Shown here: positions 1 through 8,764 of the stretch, one piece after another | How the letters are laid out: each line of letters begins with the position of its first letter | How positions within the stretch are numbered: the stretch's first letter is position 1 | Source: Bacteriovoracaceae bacterium | Lineage (GTDB): Bacteria > Bdellovibrionota > Bacteriovoracia > Bacteriovoracales > Bacteriovoracaceae | Reading direction: 5' to 3' | Assembly: GCA_018649885.1 (NCBI GenBank) | Contig: JABIHA010000068.1 | Span: 62,001 to 109,368 of the forward strand | Length of the DNA: 47,368 bases | The notes under the pieces: model-generated | Databases searched by the model: none | The model's input: only the letters and a program-made list of their open reading frames with translations | Told to the model about the DNA's origin: nothing | Made by a program: the position numbers and the translations under genes

Positions 1-533
1 GTATCAAATACAAAGACATCCATATTTGCACCACACTTTTCTTTTATCCTATTAACATATGTCCTTCTTTTGCAAGACCTTCCATCGAGAGACGATGGAT
101 CAAGCTCTCTAAAGGAAGTGCTTATATCAATCCAAACCTCTAACTTAGAAAAGCTTTTTTTGATATTTTTAGCTTGCCCACAAAACATATCAAAATAATA
201 ATTTTTATCACAACTGATCATGTCGGTATCAACTGAAGATACATACTTGTTATTTTTTTTCTGTTTTTTCTCTATCTTAATTTCTTTTTTAAGGTTTTTA
301 TTGGGATTAGGATACAAACCTATATTTGGATCAAAGCATTGGTCACCATAAGGGATACAAACATTTTGTGCCAACTTCTCACTGTAAACAGGCTCATCAC
401 CATTGAAATGCTTCTCAAGTAATCCCATTTCATCAGGCATTAAAAACCACACTTCAATATGCTTAGGAATTGCAAAACTAGAAAAGCTAACAATAGAGCA
501 GGTTATAAGCACAAAAAATTTCAATAAATGCAT
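1..533 (-). CDS. Secreted hypothetical protein, possibly vWA-like; 3' end runs off the window
   Basis: Not in the ORF track; translated by hand from ATG at 533: MHLLKFFVLITCSIVSFSSFAIPKHIEVWF... with no stop to base 1. Has a signal peptide, several Cys, and LEVWIDISTS, a MIDAS-like DxSxS motif after a beta strand. Starts 10 bp after the XRE gene stop. Confidence 0.75.
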   Translation of the reverse strand, partial: MHLLKFFVLITCSIVSFSSFAIPKHIEVWFLMPDEMGLLEKHFNGDEPVYSEKLAQNVCIPYGDQCFDPNIGLYPNPNKNLKKEIKIEKKQKKNNKYVSSVDTDMISCDKNYYFDMFCGQAKNIKKSFSKLEVWIDISTSFRELDPSSLDGRSCKRRTYVNRIKEKCGANMDVFVFD

Positions 534-543
534 TGTGCAATTT

Positions 544-1146
544 TTAGAATTCCACACCCTTTTGCCTAAAATATCTAAATAGTGAATTACCAACATCAAC
601 AACTAAATCCTTTCCTTCTACATCCAGTTCAAGAAAATCACTTAGGTAAGCCTTTTGCCTTGGAGTAAGTCTTTCCAGCTTATCCCTTAGAGTAGTTGGA
701 TTATTTCTAGCTCCATCATCGGCCCTAAAGGGAATGCTTCTGGTCTTCCCACCAATTTTCACCTTGGCGGTTGTAGTTCGTTCAGCAGTTCCAAGCGAAG
801 AGAAGACATCATTAAACTCATCTTCCTCCTCTTCATTATCGGAAGATGGAGGTGGTTCCATAGGACCATCTTTATAGAACTGAATGAGTCTTTTAAATTG
901 CTCGGTGGAATCCTCTTCGATGAAATCAATAATCTCGTGCAACGGAATATTTAACCTTGCAACAATCTTTGCAATGAATTGCTCGTCGAGTTCCCTGGTT
1001 TTCCTGTTCAAAAAGCGCGACATGGTGGAAATTCCCACCCCAACCAAATTGGCCAAGTCCTTTTGTGAAAGGGCTCCTCGTACTTGCATATACTTACGAA
1101 TTACACCTAGAAAATCGTCTAAATAATCTCTATTGAAGCGAACCAT
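544..1146 (-). CDS. XRE-family helix-turn-helix transcriptional regulator with C-terminal extension
   Basis: LSQKDLANLVGVGISTMSRFLNRK is a typical HTH_3 motif; CAGGAGG Shine-Dalgarno upstream; acidic linker then a C-terminal domain. Confidence 0.9.
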   Translation of the reverse strand: MVRFNRDYLDDFLGVIRKYMQVRGALSQKDLANLVGVGISTMSRFLNRKTRELDEQFIAKIVARLNIPLHEIIDFIEEDSTEQFKRLIQFYKDGPMEPPPSSDNEEEEDEFNDVFSSLGTAERTTTAKVKIGGKTRSIPFRADDGARNNPTTLRDKLERLTPRQKAYLSDFLELDVEGKDLVVDVGNSLFRYFRQKGVEF

Positions 1147-1164
1147 GTTAACCTCCTGAATTGC

Positions 1165-1191
1165 TTGTCGGAACGAAATTATATTTCTTGA
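1165..1191 (-). promoter_or_regulatory. Putative sigma28 (FliA)-type promoter of the XRE gene
   Basis: Minus strand TCAA-N15-TCCGACAA versus consensus TAAA-N15-GCCGATAA, just upstream of the RBS. Confidence 0.6.
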
Positions 1192-1215
1192 TGCAATTTA
1201 TTTTCTTGACGCAAT
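1184..1215. repeat. Two 14-bp direct repeats, candidate operators
   Basis: TTTCTTGATGCAAT (1184-1197) and TTTCTTGACGCAAT (1202-1215), 18-bp period, each with a TTG-N3-CAA dyad and each overlapping one -35 box. Confidence 0.6.
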
Positions 1216-1234
1216 GGGTCAGACTTGCTATTCT
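1206..1234 (+). promoter_or_regulatory. sigma70-type promoter with extended -10
   Basis: TTGACG-17 nt-TATTCT, with TG at the extended -10 position. Confidence 0.75.
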
Positions 1235-1267
1235 GGGATTGTTGACACGCAGCCTAGGAGGCCACAA

Positions 1268-1696
1268 GTGAAAAGTACAACACTCAAGCACTTCTCAACT
1301 CAACCCCTAGTAAAGCCACACGAGGTCTACATGACCGTTCAATGTGAAGCTCTAAGTGATTGTATTCTTAAGGGAAAGATTATTTCCGGTTCCCTCCTCT
1401 CTCGCACAACTTTTTCGCGGGTGACTTTCGAAGGCTGCGTGTTCTTCGCCTCTGAAATAGAAGGATGTGAATTTGCAGGATGCAACTTTGTAAATTGTGA
1501 AATCCAATTTACTAACATCCAAGGATCTACTTTTGAAGCATGCAATTTTGAAAATTGCGATTGGGAATTATCAGAAGTTAAAAATTGCAATTTCTCAAGT
1601 ACTGGAATGGATTCCACTACTACTATTACCCTAGGAAAGGGAACAAACAGCATGGAAGCCTGCTTTATCGGCAACGGAATTGCTCAAGCAGCATAA
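1268..1696 (+). CDS. Pentapeptide-repeat protein
   Basis: Five-residue periodicity (TTFSR VTFEG CVFFA SEIEG CEFAG CNFVN...). Start moved to GTG 1268 because AGGAGG precedes it and ATG 1214 lies inside the promoter. Confidence 0.85.
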   Translation: MKSTTLKHFSTQPLVKPHEVYMTVQCEALSDCILKGKIISGSLLSRTTFSRVTFEGCVFFASEIEGCEFAGCNFVNCEIQFTNIQGSTFEACNFENCDWELSEVKNCNFSSTGMDSTTTITLGKGTNSMEACFIGNGIAQAA

Positions 1697-1758
1697 TCAA
1701 CCAAGATGGTTGCGGGCTGGAAGCCCAGGGCAAGAAGCCCTTTGGTCATGGAGACCAG

Positions 1759-1922
1759 CAAGGATGAAGAGAATTGAGCAGGAAGCTCACCCAAGGATGA
1801 ACAAAATTGAGCAAGAAGCTCACCAAGGATGAACAAAATTAAGCAAGAAGCTCACCAAGGATGAAGAGAATTGAGCAGGAAGCTCAGCCAAGGATGAAGA
1901 AAATTGAGCAGGAGGCTCACCC
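1759..1922 (+). repeat. Five tandem 32-33-bp units
   Basis: Units start at 1759, 1792, 1824, 1856 and 1889; consensus CAAGGATGAASARAATTGAGCARGAAGCTCAC(C). Confidence 0.95.
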
Positions 1923-2118
1923 GCATGCGGGCACTAAATAATGAAAAAGATTAAAAATATACCCGGAACAAGGACACCGCAAACTACTCAACCTACCTCA
2001 AGGAGTGGACTTCCGGATTCAAATCAATCACGCGAGGTGGGTAACATATCTAAAACCTGATTAAGTGCAAGGATGTGCTCAGGTCTGATCAAACCCTGGA
2101 GAATTTCTCTACGGTCTT

Positions 2119-2149
2119 AAAGCCCTCGGTTATGCCGGGGTTTTCCTTT
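2119..2149 (+). terminator. Rho-independent terminator
   Basis: AAAGCCCTCGGT-TAT-GCCGGGGTTTT hairpin followed by CCTTT. Confidence 0.8.
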
Positions 2150-2340
2150 GATTTCGACTAAACAAATTTTATTTAGATATCATGCTGACTTAATTCACAT
2201 CCTGCCACTGGATTTCAACGCATCTGCAACATAAATGAGTGTAATTATTACTCTCTCACCAGCAATTCGTTTAAGTTTTAGATTCCTTATGAAATAAGCA
2301 AAAAACAACAAATAAAGAAGACTAATTGGGAGCCAACTAC

Positions 2341-5262
2341 TTGAACAAGCTTTGCCGACTATCTCTTTTATGGACCTTGCTCATATTTTCAATTGGAGCA
2401 AAGGCCACAATCCCATTGTTTACTGAGGTCGAAAACGAGCTCTCCTACTGGAGCGAGCAGATTTGCAAGCAAGATTCATTTCCAGCAAATGTGGAGTGGA
2501 TTAAATACCATGTAGCAGACCCCGTTCCGCAGTACCAAGTTGAGAGATTCTTCACATACCTTGAAAAGCTCAATAACCTAGTCACGAAAGAGGTCAATAA
2601 ACCTATTGAAAAGAGGCTTTTACCCAGTACAGAATTTCTCTCCTACATTCAGGGCAATATTGATTATGAGGATTACAAATTTGCCTATGAGACTGGAATC
2701 GAAACCTTTATCGATCTTCCTCAAACCCTAGGTGAACAACTAGATATTATTTTAGGACATTTAATTGAAGTCTATGGTCCCAGCCAATTTTCGTTGGCCA
2801 TTAGCCAAGTTTCAGAGCTTGTCACTTTAAGGGGGACTTCAACTAACCACAGAAAGTATGTGGCGGTAATGAATTACTATGAGCTATTAGAAAGAGGGAT
2901 CAAATGTCTTAGTAAACAAGATATTCGCTATGATCAGTTTTATTTTATTCGAGGCGCAAGCAGATTAAACTTATTTAAAATCAACATATACCCAGATGCC
3001 CTTACAGATGATCTCAGAAATACACTCTCTGTGGAGCCTAGAATAAAGATAAGTACCAAAAGTAGTGACGGTTCCACAGAAAACCAAATGATAGGAAAAA
3101 TCAAAATAGGAACGGCCTCAATTCATAGGGCCGAGACTTTCGGTTACCTTTCACAATACGGATCATTTTCATATGAAGCTGCACTTCTGATGCTACATAA
3201 AAAAATTATGGACCGAAGAAAACAAAGAGGTGAATACGTAACCTATGCAGGGGAGTACACTGAAAAAAGAGATCTTTATAATTACAATATGGCCAAGTAC
3301 GACCAAAAATTAACACTACGGCTCGTAAAAAGAGGATATCTCTCCCAACTATTAATTCACTCCTATGTTTTTAAACTTCTCCATCGAAACCCGGCAACTA
3401 AAAGAGTCATGCTTCCTGTAAACGGTTGCTACAATGATTATATTCAAAAACAAGAAGGTTTTTTAGGATTTAAATTTAAGAAACAAAGACCTGCCCACCC
3501 AGGAAAACTTCTTACCCTTGAATCCCTTGCTAATGATTTAACAGAATTTTCCATAGAGAAAAGAAAAACCGGTAATCAAAATGATTCCAATGAAAATGAT
3601 ATTTTAGGTGAGAAGACCTGGGAAATTAGAAAGAGATACCACTCTGATATAGTTGCAACTGCTTACAAAATGCACCAGCTTAAAAACTATATTAAAAAGG
3701 CCAATAAGTTGTGGTGGTGGATCTTTGCAACCCGGCAATGCATAAACCCTTCAGAAACCCCATCTAGAGATGATATTTGCGCCACAGTCTATGAACAAAG
3801 AAAGATTGCTCTTGATAAGCTAAAAGCCGATATCGAACTTTTAAAAGAATCCCTCTCCCTTGCTGGCTCAATTTATCCAGAGCTCACAATTAAAAACCAT
3901 GCAGAAGTTGAACTATACAACCAGCTCGTTAACTACGAGCTAAGTGAATATACTATTGACTACACTAAGTTTACTGAAAGTAAGCTACTCACAAAAGGTT
4001 TAGCTGAATCTGAAATTCATAGAATTGAAGAAAATGGTGAAAAAATCTATCAATACTATAGTGTGGAACACTTCGTCCCATCACACAAACTCAAACAAAT
4101 AGAAGACACACTGACAAAAGCCATCCGTACTAATCAAAGACAAATGTCAGTTGTTTGTTCAATGAGCTCGCTTAAGGAACTCAAAAAACTCACATCAAGT
4201 ACAATGGTCTACTACAATAGAGTTGATCCAGAAATTAAATCTTATATCCAAAATAATCTTAAGGATCTGAGCAAATACCAAAAGAAAGCTTTAATGAAGA
4301 GAATTGATAACGCTTTTGAAGGTGCAGTTTCTGCAAAACAGAAATCAGACAAAACCAAAGAAGGCGCATACGCAGTAGGAGTTTTGGCCGGCTCAGCTGT
4401 ATTAATTGGAGGGACACTATTTTTTGCACCTCCCGCTGCACTTGTGGCACTTGCAGGTATTGCACTAGCTGGAAGTGAATCATATTATTACTTCAAGCAT
4501 ATTGTGCCTAAATATGAATACGCCAAAAGAGAATACCAAGCTTCAAACTCACTTGATTTGAGGCATATATTTCACGATATAGATGCAACCTATATGGATA
4601 AATTGCTATCGGACCCAGTTCCTCTAGGAAGCCATGATCGGTATGCCGAAATGGTGAAAGAGCATAAGTGGGAGAAAGCTTTTTATTACGGAGGCCTTGC
4701 CATTGATGTTTTTGTTCCAGGCCTCAAGGGCGGAACAAAGGCCTTTGCAAAAACAGTAAAGGCAGCAAGGTACTCAATGCTTTTACTGAGATCCACCAGA
4801 CTTGGGAGCAGGGTCTACAAGACAGCAAGAATCTCACTCAGCGGACAAAAATGGATCTCACTAAGACGCTTTTGGATTGCTTCAGGTATATCCTCAATTG
4901 CCCTTATGAAAGGGCACACAAGTGAAGAAGATTCGAAAAAGGCATATTACGCCACTTCTGCACATATGCTCGATAATTTTCCCATCGAAGATTGGATAAA
5001 ATATAAAATGAAATTTTTAGAGCCGATTGTAAAGACAAATGGATTTGCATATTTATTCGAAAAAGATGAAGCATACGAAATTCAAAAGTATTCTGAAATG
5101 AACAGTGCACAATTTAGAGAGAAATTACAAAGTATCATGAGGGAATTCCAAACCCAGGCAGGAATTAATTACACGATTAAGTCTCAAAGTGGACAAGTGC
5201 AAGTAATTTCTTATGATGACCTCATTGTAACAGAAACGAATATTAGGGGAGAGAATGACTAA
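2341..5262 (+). CDS. Large secreted hypothetical protein with internal hydrophobic Gly/Ala hairpin
   Basis: ~970-aa ORF; GGGAG precedes TTG 2341 (track start 2326); signal peptide ...SIGAKA; hydrophobic segment AVGVLAGSAVLIGGTLFFAPPAALVALAGIALAG. Confidence 0.8.
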   Translation: MNKLCRLSLLWTLLIFSIGAKATIPLFTEVENELSYWSEQICKQDSFPANVEWIKYHVADPVPQYQVERFFTYLEKLNNLVTKEVNKPIEKRLLPSTEFLSYIQGNIDYEDYKFAYETGIETFIDLPQTLGEQLDIILGHLIEVYGPSQFSLAISQVSELVTLRGTSTNHRKYVAVMNYYELLERGIKCLSKQDIRYDQFYFIRGASRLNLFKINIYPDALTDDLRNTLSVEPRIKISTKSSDGSTENQMIGKIKIGTASIHRAETFGYLSQYGSFSYEAALLMLHKKIMDRRKQRGEYVTYAGEYTEKRDLYNYNMAKYDQKLTLRLVKRGYLSQLLIHSYVFKLLHRNPATKRVMLPVNGCYNDYIQKQEGFLGFKFKKQRPAHPGKLLTLESLANDLTEFSIEKRKTGNQNDSNENDILGEKTWEIRKRYHSDIVATAYKMHQLKNYIKKANKLWWWIFATRQCINPSETPSRDDICATVYEQRKIALDKLKADIELLKESLSLAGSIYPELTIKNHAEVELYNQLVNYELSEYTIDYTKFTESKLLTKGLAESEIHRIEENGEKIYQYYSVEHFVPSHKLKQIEDTLTKAIRTNQRQMSVVCSMSSLKELKKLTSSTMVYYNRVDPEIKSYIQNNLKDLSKYQKKALMKRIDNAFEGAVSAKQKSDKTKEGAYAVGVLAGSAVLIGGTLFFAPPAALVALAGIALAGSESYYYFKHIVPKYEYAKREYQASNSLDLRHIFHDIDATYMDKLLSDPVPLGSHDRYAEMVKEHKWEKAFYYGGLAIDVFVPGLKGGTKAFAKTVKAARYSMLLLRSTRLGSRVYKTARISLSGQKWISLRRFWIASGISSIALMKGHTSEEDSKKAYYATSAHMLDNFPIEDWIKYKMKFLEPIVKTNGFAYLFEKDEAYEIQKYSEMNSAQFREKLQSIMREFQTQAGINYTIKSQSGQVQVISYDDLIVTETNIRGEND

Positions 5263-7924
5263 ATTTCTACGGGCCATGATATTATGCATGTGTTGCTCAC
5301 TATTCTTTTCCAATGTCTATGCGACTCCGGTGTCAGCATTAAGACATCTTGATGAAGTTGTATCTGCATTTAAGCATGTAGATAATGTCGATAGTTTTTC
5401 TGAATTTTTAAAAGTGGGAAGAAGATCGGGCAGAATAGTCAATTTGCCAGAGCATATTGAAACTTTTGCTGATCTTGCTAGATACATAGACGATATTGCT
5501 GAAACCGGCTCAGATGCTCCAAAAGTCAAACAAGCAAAAAAAATGCTCGAAGAAATTGCCATAGAAATGGGAGAAAACCCAAATGCATGGAGAAAAATGG
5601 TTAGCTCACGGGCCATTGAAAGACAACTTGCACGCTCGAGCGAAGTTCTCGCCGAAGCTTCAGACACTTCAAGAAGTAATAGATGGGGAAGGAAAAAAGG
5701 TAGAGGAGCAAGACCTGCTGCTGATGTGGCCAGGAGAGCTCTTTCTTCACCAGAAGATTCTATTATTACTAAATTTTTAGATGCTGCAACTGATGGCTCT
5801 CTTTCAAGAAGAGGACTAGTAGTTACCCCCAATACAAAATTTTCAAAAGAAGTGTTAAGCTCCATGCTAGATTTGGCTGCACGCCAAAGATATACCATAG
5901 AAGAAACACTGGAAGCTTTTACCAACCCAGGAAAACTAAAACTTCTCATTCAAAAAGGATTTGAGGCCAAAAGGGTCAGAATCCTAAAAGCAGCTGGCGA
6001 TATTCCCCATGGAAATCCCCACAGGGCAACTCTTCTTGCTAAGCTAGATGAACTTGCATCGGCGGAGTCTGCAGCTCTGAGAAGAGTTGACGAATTTCTT
6101 CCAAGCTCCCCTGATAAACTGGCGGAAGAATTTGGAAGTGGCCTTTCTGCTCTCAGGAAAAAAATGGGTCTTGAAAAGCGTGGAGCAAGAAGAGTACTCG
6201 GAAGGGCCGGCCAAAAAGTTGTCCACAGCGTTTTAAGAGTTGATAGAAGAGCTGCTGAGATTATAACTGAACTCGTTGAGGGAACTCAAAAGAGAATGGT
6301 TCAAAGCTTACAAGGGCGAAAACTTGTAACTCGGGCAGTAGATGGAAGTCTTGAAACAGTTGAGCTTACAGAAAGTAATATTAAGAAAATAGTAAAAACT
6401 CTTGAAGGTGCAGAAGATGCACAGCTAGATAAGTTTTTAAGAATGACTGATGCTGACTTAGGAGGTCTTCCTCTTGCCAAAAGACTTGAGTATCTATCAA
6501 GCGTAGAAGATCTTATCACTGAGTATCGCCATGGCATGCAGCAAACATTCGAAACACCTATTGATGAATTAGTTCAATATTCTAAAAATCTAAAAAGAAC
6601 GCTTGAAGAGATGAGCTCACTTAGGTCAGCTTCAAGTCACAGCATCGCTCCCTCACAAGTTGATGAGTTATTTGATGGAAGTGGAAGGTGGGCCGGTTAT
6701 CTTCACCAAATGCAAAGAAGATCAGAAGTGGTTGATGAAATCAGTGGAGCTATTTTTTCTCCTTCAAAGCTAACTTCAAAAGTCATGCGCCAAAAGCACG
6801 TCTCAAGAATAATCGAAAATAATTGGATATTAAGAGAGCTCTATGAACCATTAGAGTCTGCAGCGAGTAGGGTTGATGATGTTGGTGTAATATACGACGA
6901 CACTGTAGCCGTTTTAAAAAATGGTGTACTTGAAAATCCAGGATCCTATGGCGACATTGTGAGAAAGTTTGGAAGCCAGCTTTCTTTGCGCGAACTAAAG
7001 GCCCTTAAAACTCAGCAGTACTCACTCGCAGGAATGAGAAGATCTGCAATCGACATGGTACATCCAGAGACTCTTGCAAATGGAGTCAGAAGATTTAGAC
7101 TAAAATCTGTGGATGTTTTAATACTCGGAACGGCTTTTAGCTTTATTGGATACTTTACAAAACTATATTTCATCAATCCCAACGCCGCTAGCCTGGTTGA
7201 AATTATTGTCGACTACAAAAAGAAATTCTTTGGAATGGAAGCAGAAACTTTTGAGCTGGCCATGATGGTTGATATGAATGACAGGATTGTTCGTGATATT
7301 ATTTCAAATGGTCAACATAAACTAGATGAAAGAGTTTCTGATATCGATCTATTAACAACAGAAATTCGTGATCTTAAAATGAGTTTGATTCCACTTAAAA
7401 CAGAAAAAGCCAAAATTTACCTTGCCTCTCCTGAAGTTAAAAAAATTGTTGAAAGCGGTAGTGGTGAAGCCGGAGAGCTTAGTGAATTAGTCTTTATAAT
7501 TGATGATATTGACAGGCAACTTGCAGCGAGAGAAAAACTCCTTCAAGAAAAATCTGATATTATGTATGCAGAGCTTGCTGGTATCGGATCATACTTTCAT
7601 CAATACTCCGAATATTGGTCCAAATATGCTCAATACCTTGCTACTAAAGGTCTTATTGCTATAAAAGTAGACCTCAACCAAAGTACAGGCGTCTATAAAT
7701 CCATAAGACTTGAATACAGTGTCGACTACCAAGAAGAGCCCATCATCTATAATTACGATGTTGAATTGCACAAAAGATTTATAAGCCTTTTGGAAATAAA
7801 TAATGATTTCTCAATGGGGATCGTCAGAACAAAATTAAATTGGGCAGTTTTAATTTCAGAAATGGATCCAAGTATTTCAGACAAGGATCTAATAAAGCAG
7901 CTCACTATTCGATATGACCAATAA
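5255..7924 (+). CDS. Large exported hypothetical helical protein with one internal transmembrane segment
   Basis: 889 aa; GGGGAG RBS; 8-bp overlap with the upstream gene; signal peptide ...SNVYA; TM-like VLILGTAFSFIGYFTKLYFI followed by coiled-coil-like sequence. Confidence 0.8.
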   Translation: MTKFLRAMILCMCCSLFFSNVYATPVSALRHLDEVVSAFKHVDNVDSFSEFLKVGRRSGRIVNLPEHIETFADLARYIDDIAETGSDAPKVKQAKKMLEEIAIEMGENPNAWRKMVSSRAIERQLARSSEVLAEASDTSRSNRWGRKKGRGARPAADVARRALSSPEDSIITKFLDAATDGSLSRRGLVVTPNTKFSKEVLSSMLDLAARQRYTIEETLEAFTNPGKLKLLIQKGFEAKRVRILKAAGDIPHGNPHRATLLAKLDELASAESAALRRVDEFLPSSPDKLAEEFGSGLSALRKKMGLEKRGARRVLGRAGQKVVHSVLRVDRRAAEIITELVEGTQKRMVQSLQGRKLVTRAVDGSLETVELTESNIKKIVKTLEGAEDAQLDKFLRMTDADLGGLPLAKRLEYLSSVEDLITEYRHGMQQTFETPIDELVQYSKNLKRTLEEMSSLRSASSHSIAPSQVDELFDGSGRWAGYLHQMQRRSEVVDEISGAIFSPSKLTSKVMRQKHVSRIIENNWILRELYEPLESAASRVDDVGVIYDDTVAVLKNGVLENPGSYGDIVRKFGSQLSLRELKALKTQQYSLAGMRRSAIDMVHPETLANGVRRFRLKSVDVLILGTAFSFIGYFTKLYFINPNAASLVEIIVDYKKKFFGMEAETFELAMMVDMNDRIVRDIISNGQHKLDERVSDIDLLTTEIRDLKMSLIPLKTEKAKIYLASPEVKKIVESGSGEAGELSELVFIIDDIDRQLAAREKLLQEKSDIMYAELAGIGSYFHQYSEYWSKYAQYLATKGLIAIKVDLNQSTGVYKSIRLEYSVDYQEEPIIYNYDVELHKRFISLLEINNDFSMGIVRTKLNWAVLISEMDPSISDKDLIKQLTIRYDQ

Positions 7925-7927
7925 GTA

Positions 7928-8764
7928 TCATCCAAATTTAAGTGATATATCTACCGATGGTGCATCGTATGTTATTTTCCCGATGCTAATTCCATCGACA
8001 CCACTAATAAGATAATTTTTGATGTTTTCCAGGTTTATTCCACCTGAAACTTCAAAAGTCATAGAATCTCTTTTTAGGGAGATCGCTTCAGAGACTTGTT
8101 CAGGGGAAAAGTTATCGAGCATAACATGCTTCACTCCAAGAGATATGGCCTCTTCAAGTTCACTGGTATTATGAATCTCTACAACAATAGAATTATAAAA
8201 AGAGCCCATCTTGTTAAAAAATTCAAGAGCGTCTTTTAAACTTCCAAAAAAGCTTTTGTGATTATCTTTGATCATCCAGGTATCAGTCTGCCCCATTCGA
8301 TGATTATATCCACCTCCAACTCTCACAGCATATTTTTCTAGAAATCTCAGACCTGGTGTCGTTTTTCTAGTATCGAGAATTTTGATTCCAGAGGCCTCGG
8401 CAATTTTCACAAATTTATTAGTGTATGTAGAAACAGATGAAGATCTTTGAAGTAAGTTAAGAGCAAGTCTTTCACCTGAGAGCGCCACATTGAATGGAAG
8501 CTCAAACTCGATCATTTCATTTTCACTTTTTGAAATTTTTCGTCCTTCCCAGTCGGAAGCATCGACGATTGAAAAATTTTCTCCTATAAGTTCTGAGAAA
8601 ACTGATTCGACAAAGGGAAGCCCCGAGAGAATTAGATCATCCTTCAATTTAAGTTGGCATTTCACATTTCGAGTTGGAAGAGATTGGTTGTAGAAAATAT
8701 TTCTCGAGAAATCATCTTCTTCAAAAAATTTGTTAACCACTTGTCTCAACGAGAGATTCTTCAT
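7928..8764 (-). CDS. nadC: Nicotinate-nucleotide diphosphorylase (quinolinate phosphoribosyltransferase)
   Basis: Motifs ERLALNLLQ, DTRKTTPGLR, NHRMG, IKDNH, MLDNF, EVSGGI. Confidence 0.97.
   Translation of the reverse strand: MKNLSLRQVVNKFFEEDDFSRNIFYNQSLPTRNVKCQLKLKDDLILSGLPFVESVFSELIGENFSIVDASDWEGRKISKSENEMIEFELPFNVALSGERLALNLLQRSSSVSTYTNKFVKIAEASGIKILDTRKTTPGLRFLEKYAVRVGGGYNHRMGQTDTWMIKDNHKSFFGSLKDALEFFNKMGSFYNSIVVEIHNTSELEEAISLGVKHVMLDNFSPEQVSEAISLKRDSMTFEVSGGINLENIKNYLISGVDGISIGKITYDAPSVDISLKFG

Larger units (their letters stand above)
1697..2149 (+). ncRNA. CsrB/Rsm-like GGA-repeat RNA (3' UTR or processed sRNA)
   Basis: About 17 GGA motifs counted by hand, many in hairpin loops (TGGTC-ATGGA-GACCA, GGGC-TGGAA-GCCC, TGAGC-AGGAA-GCTCA) or as CAAGGATG. 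No long ORF; ends in a terminator. Confidence 0.75.

Noticed and set aside
1214..1267. Longer N-terminus of the pentapeptide ORF
   Set aside because: ATG 1214 lies between the -35 and -10 boxes, and a strong SD precedes GTG 1268.
544..1696. Prophage immunity region (cI/cro)
   Set aside because: The divergent gene is not Cro-like, and no integrase or phage genes are in the window.
1585..1767. 60-aa ORF reading into the GGA array
   Set aside because: Out-of-frame overlap with the pentapeptide gene, with no recognisable features.
1759..1922. CRISPR or TIGR-like guide array
   Set aside because: Units are contiguous and near-identical with no unique spacers, and no cas or Nop-domain gene was recognised nearby; GGA loops explain it better.
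5317..5949. 210-aa antisense ORF and similar shadow ORFs throughout
   Set aside because: Opposite to or overlapping well-supported genes; Ser/Leu/Phe-rich composition typical of antisense frames.
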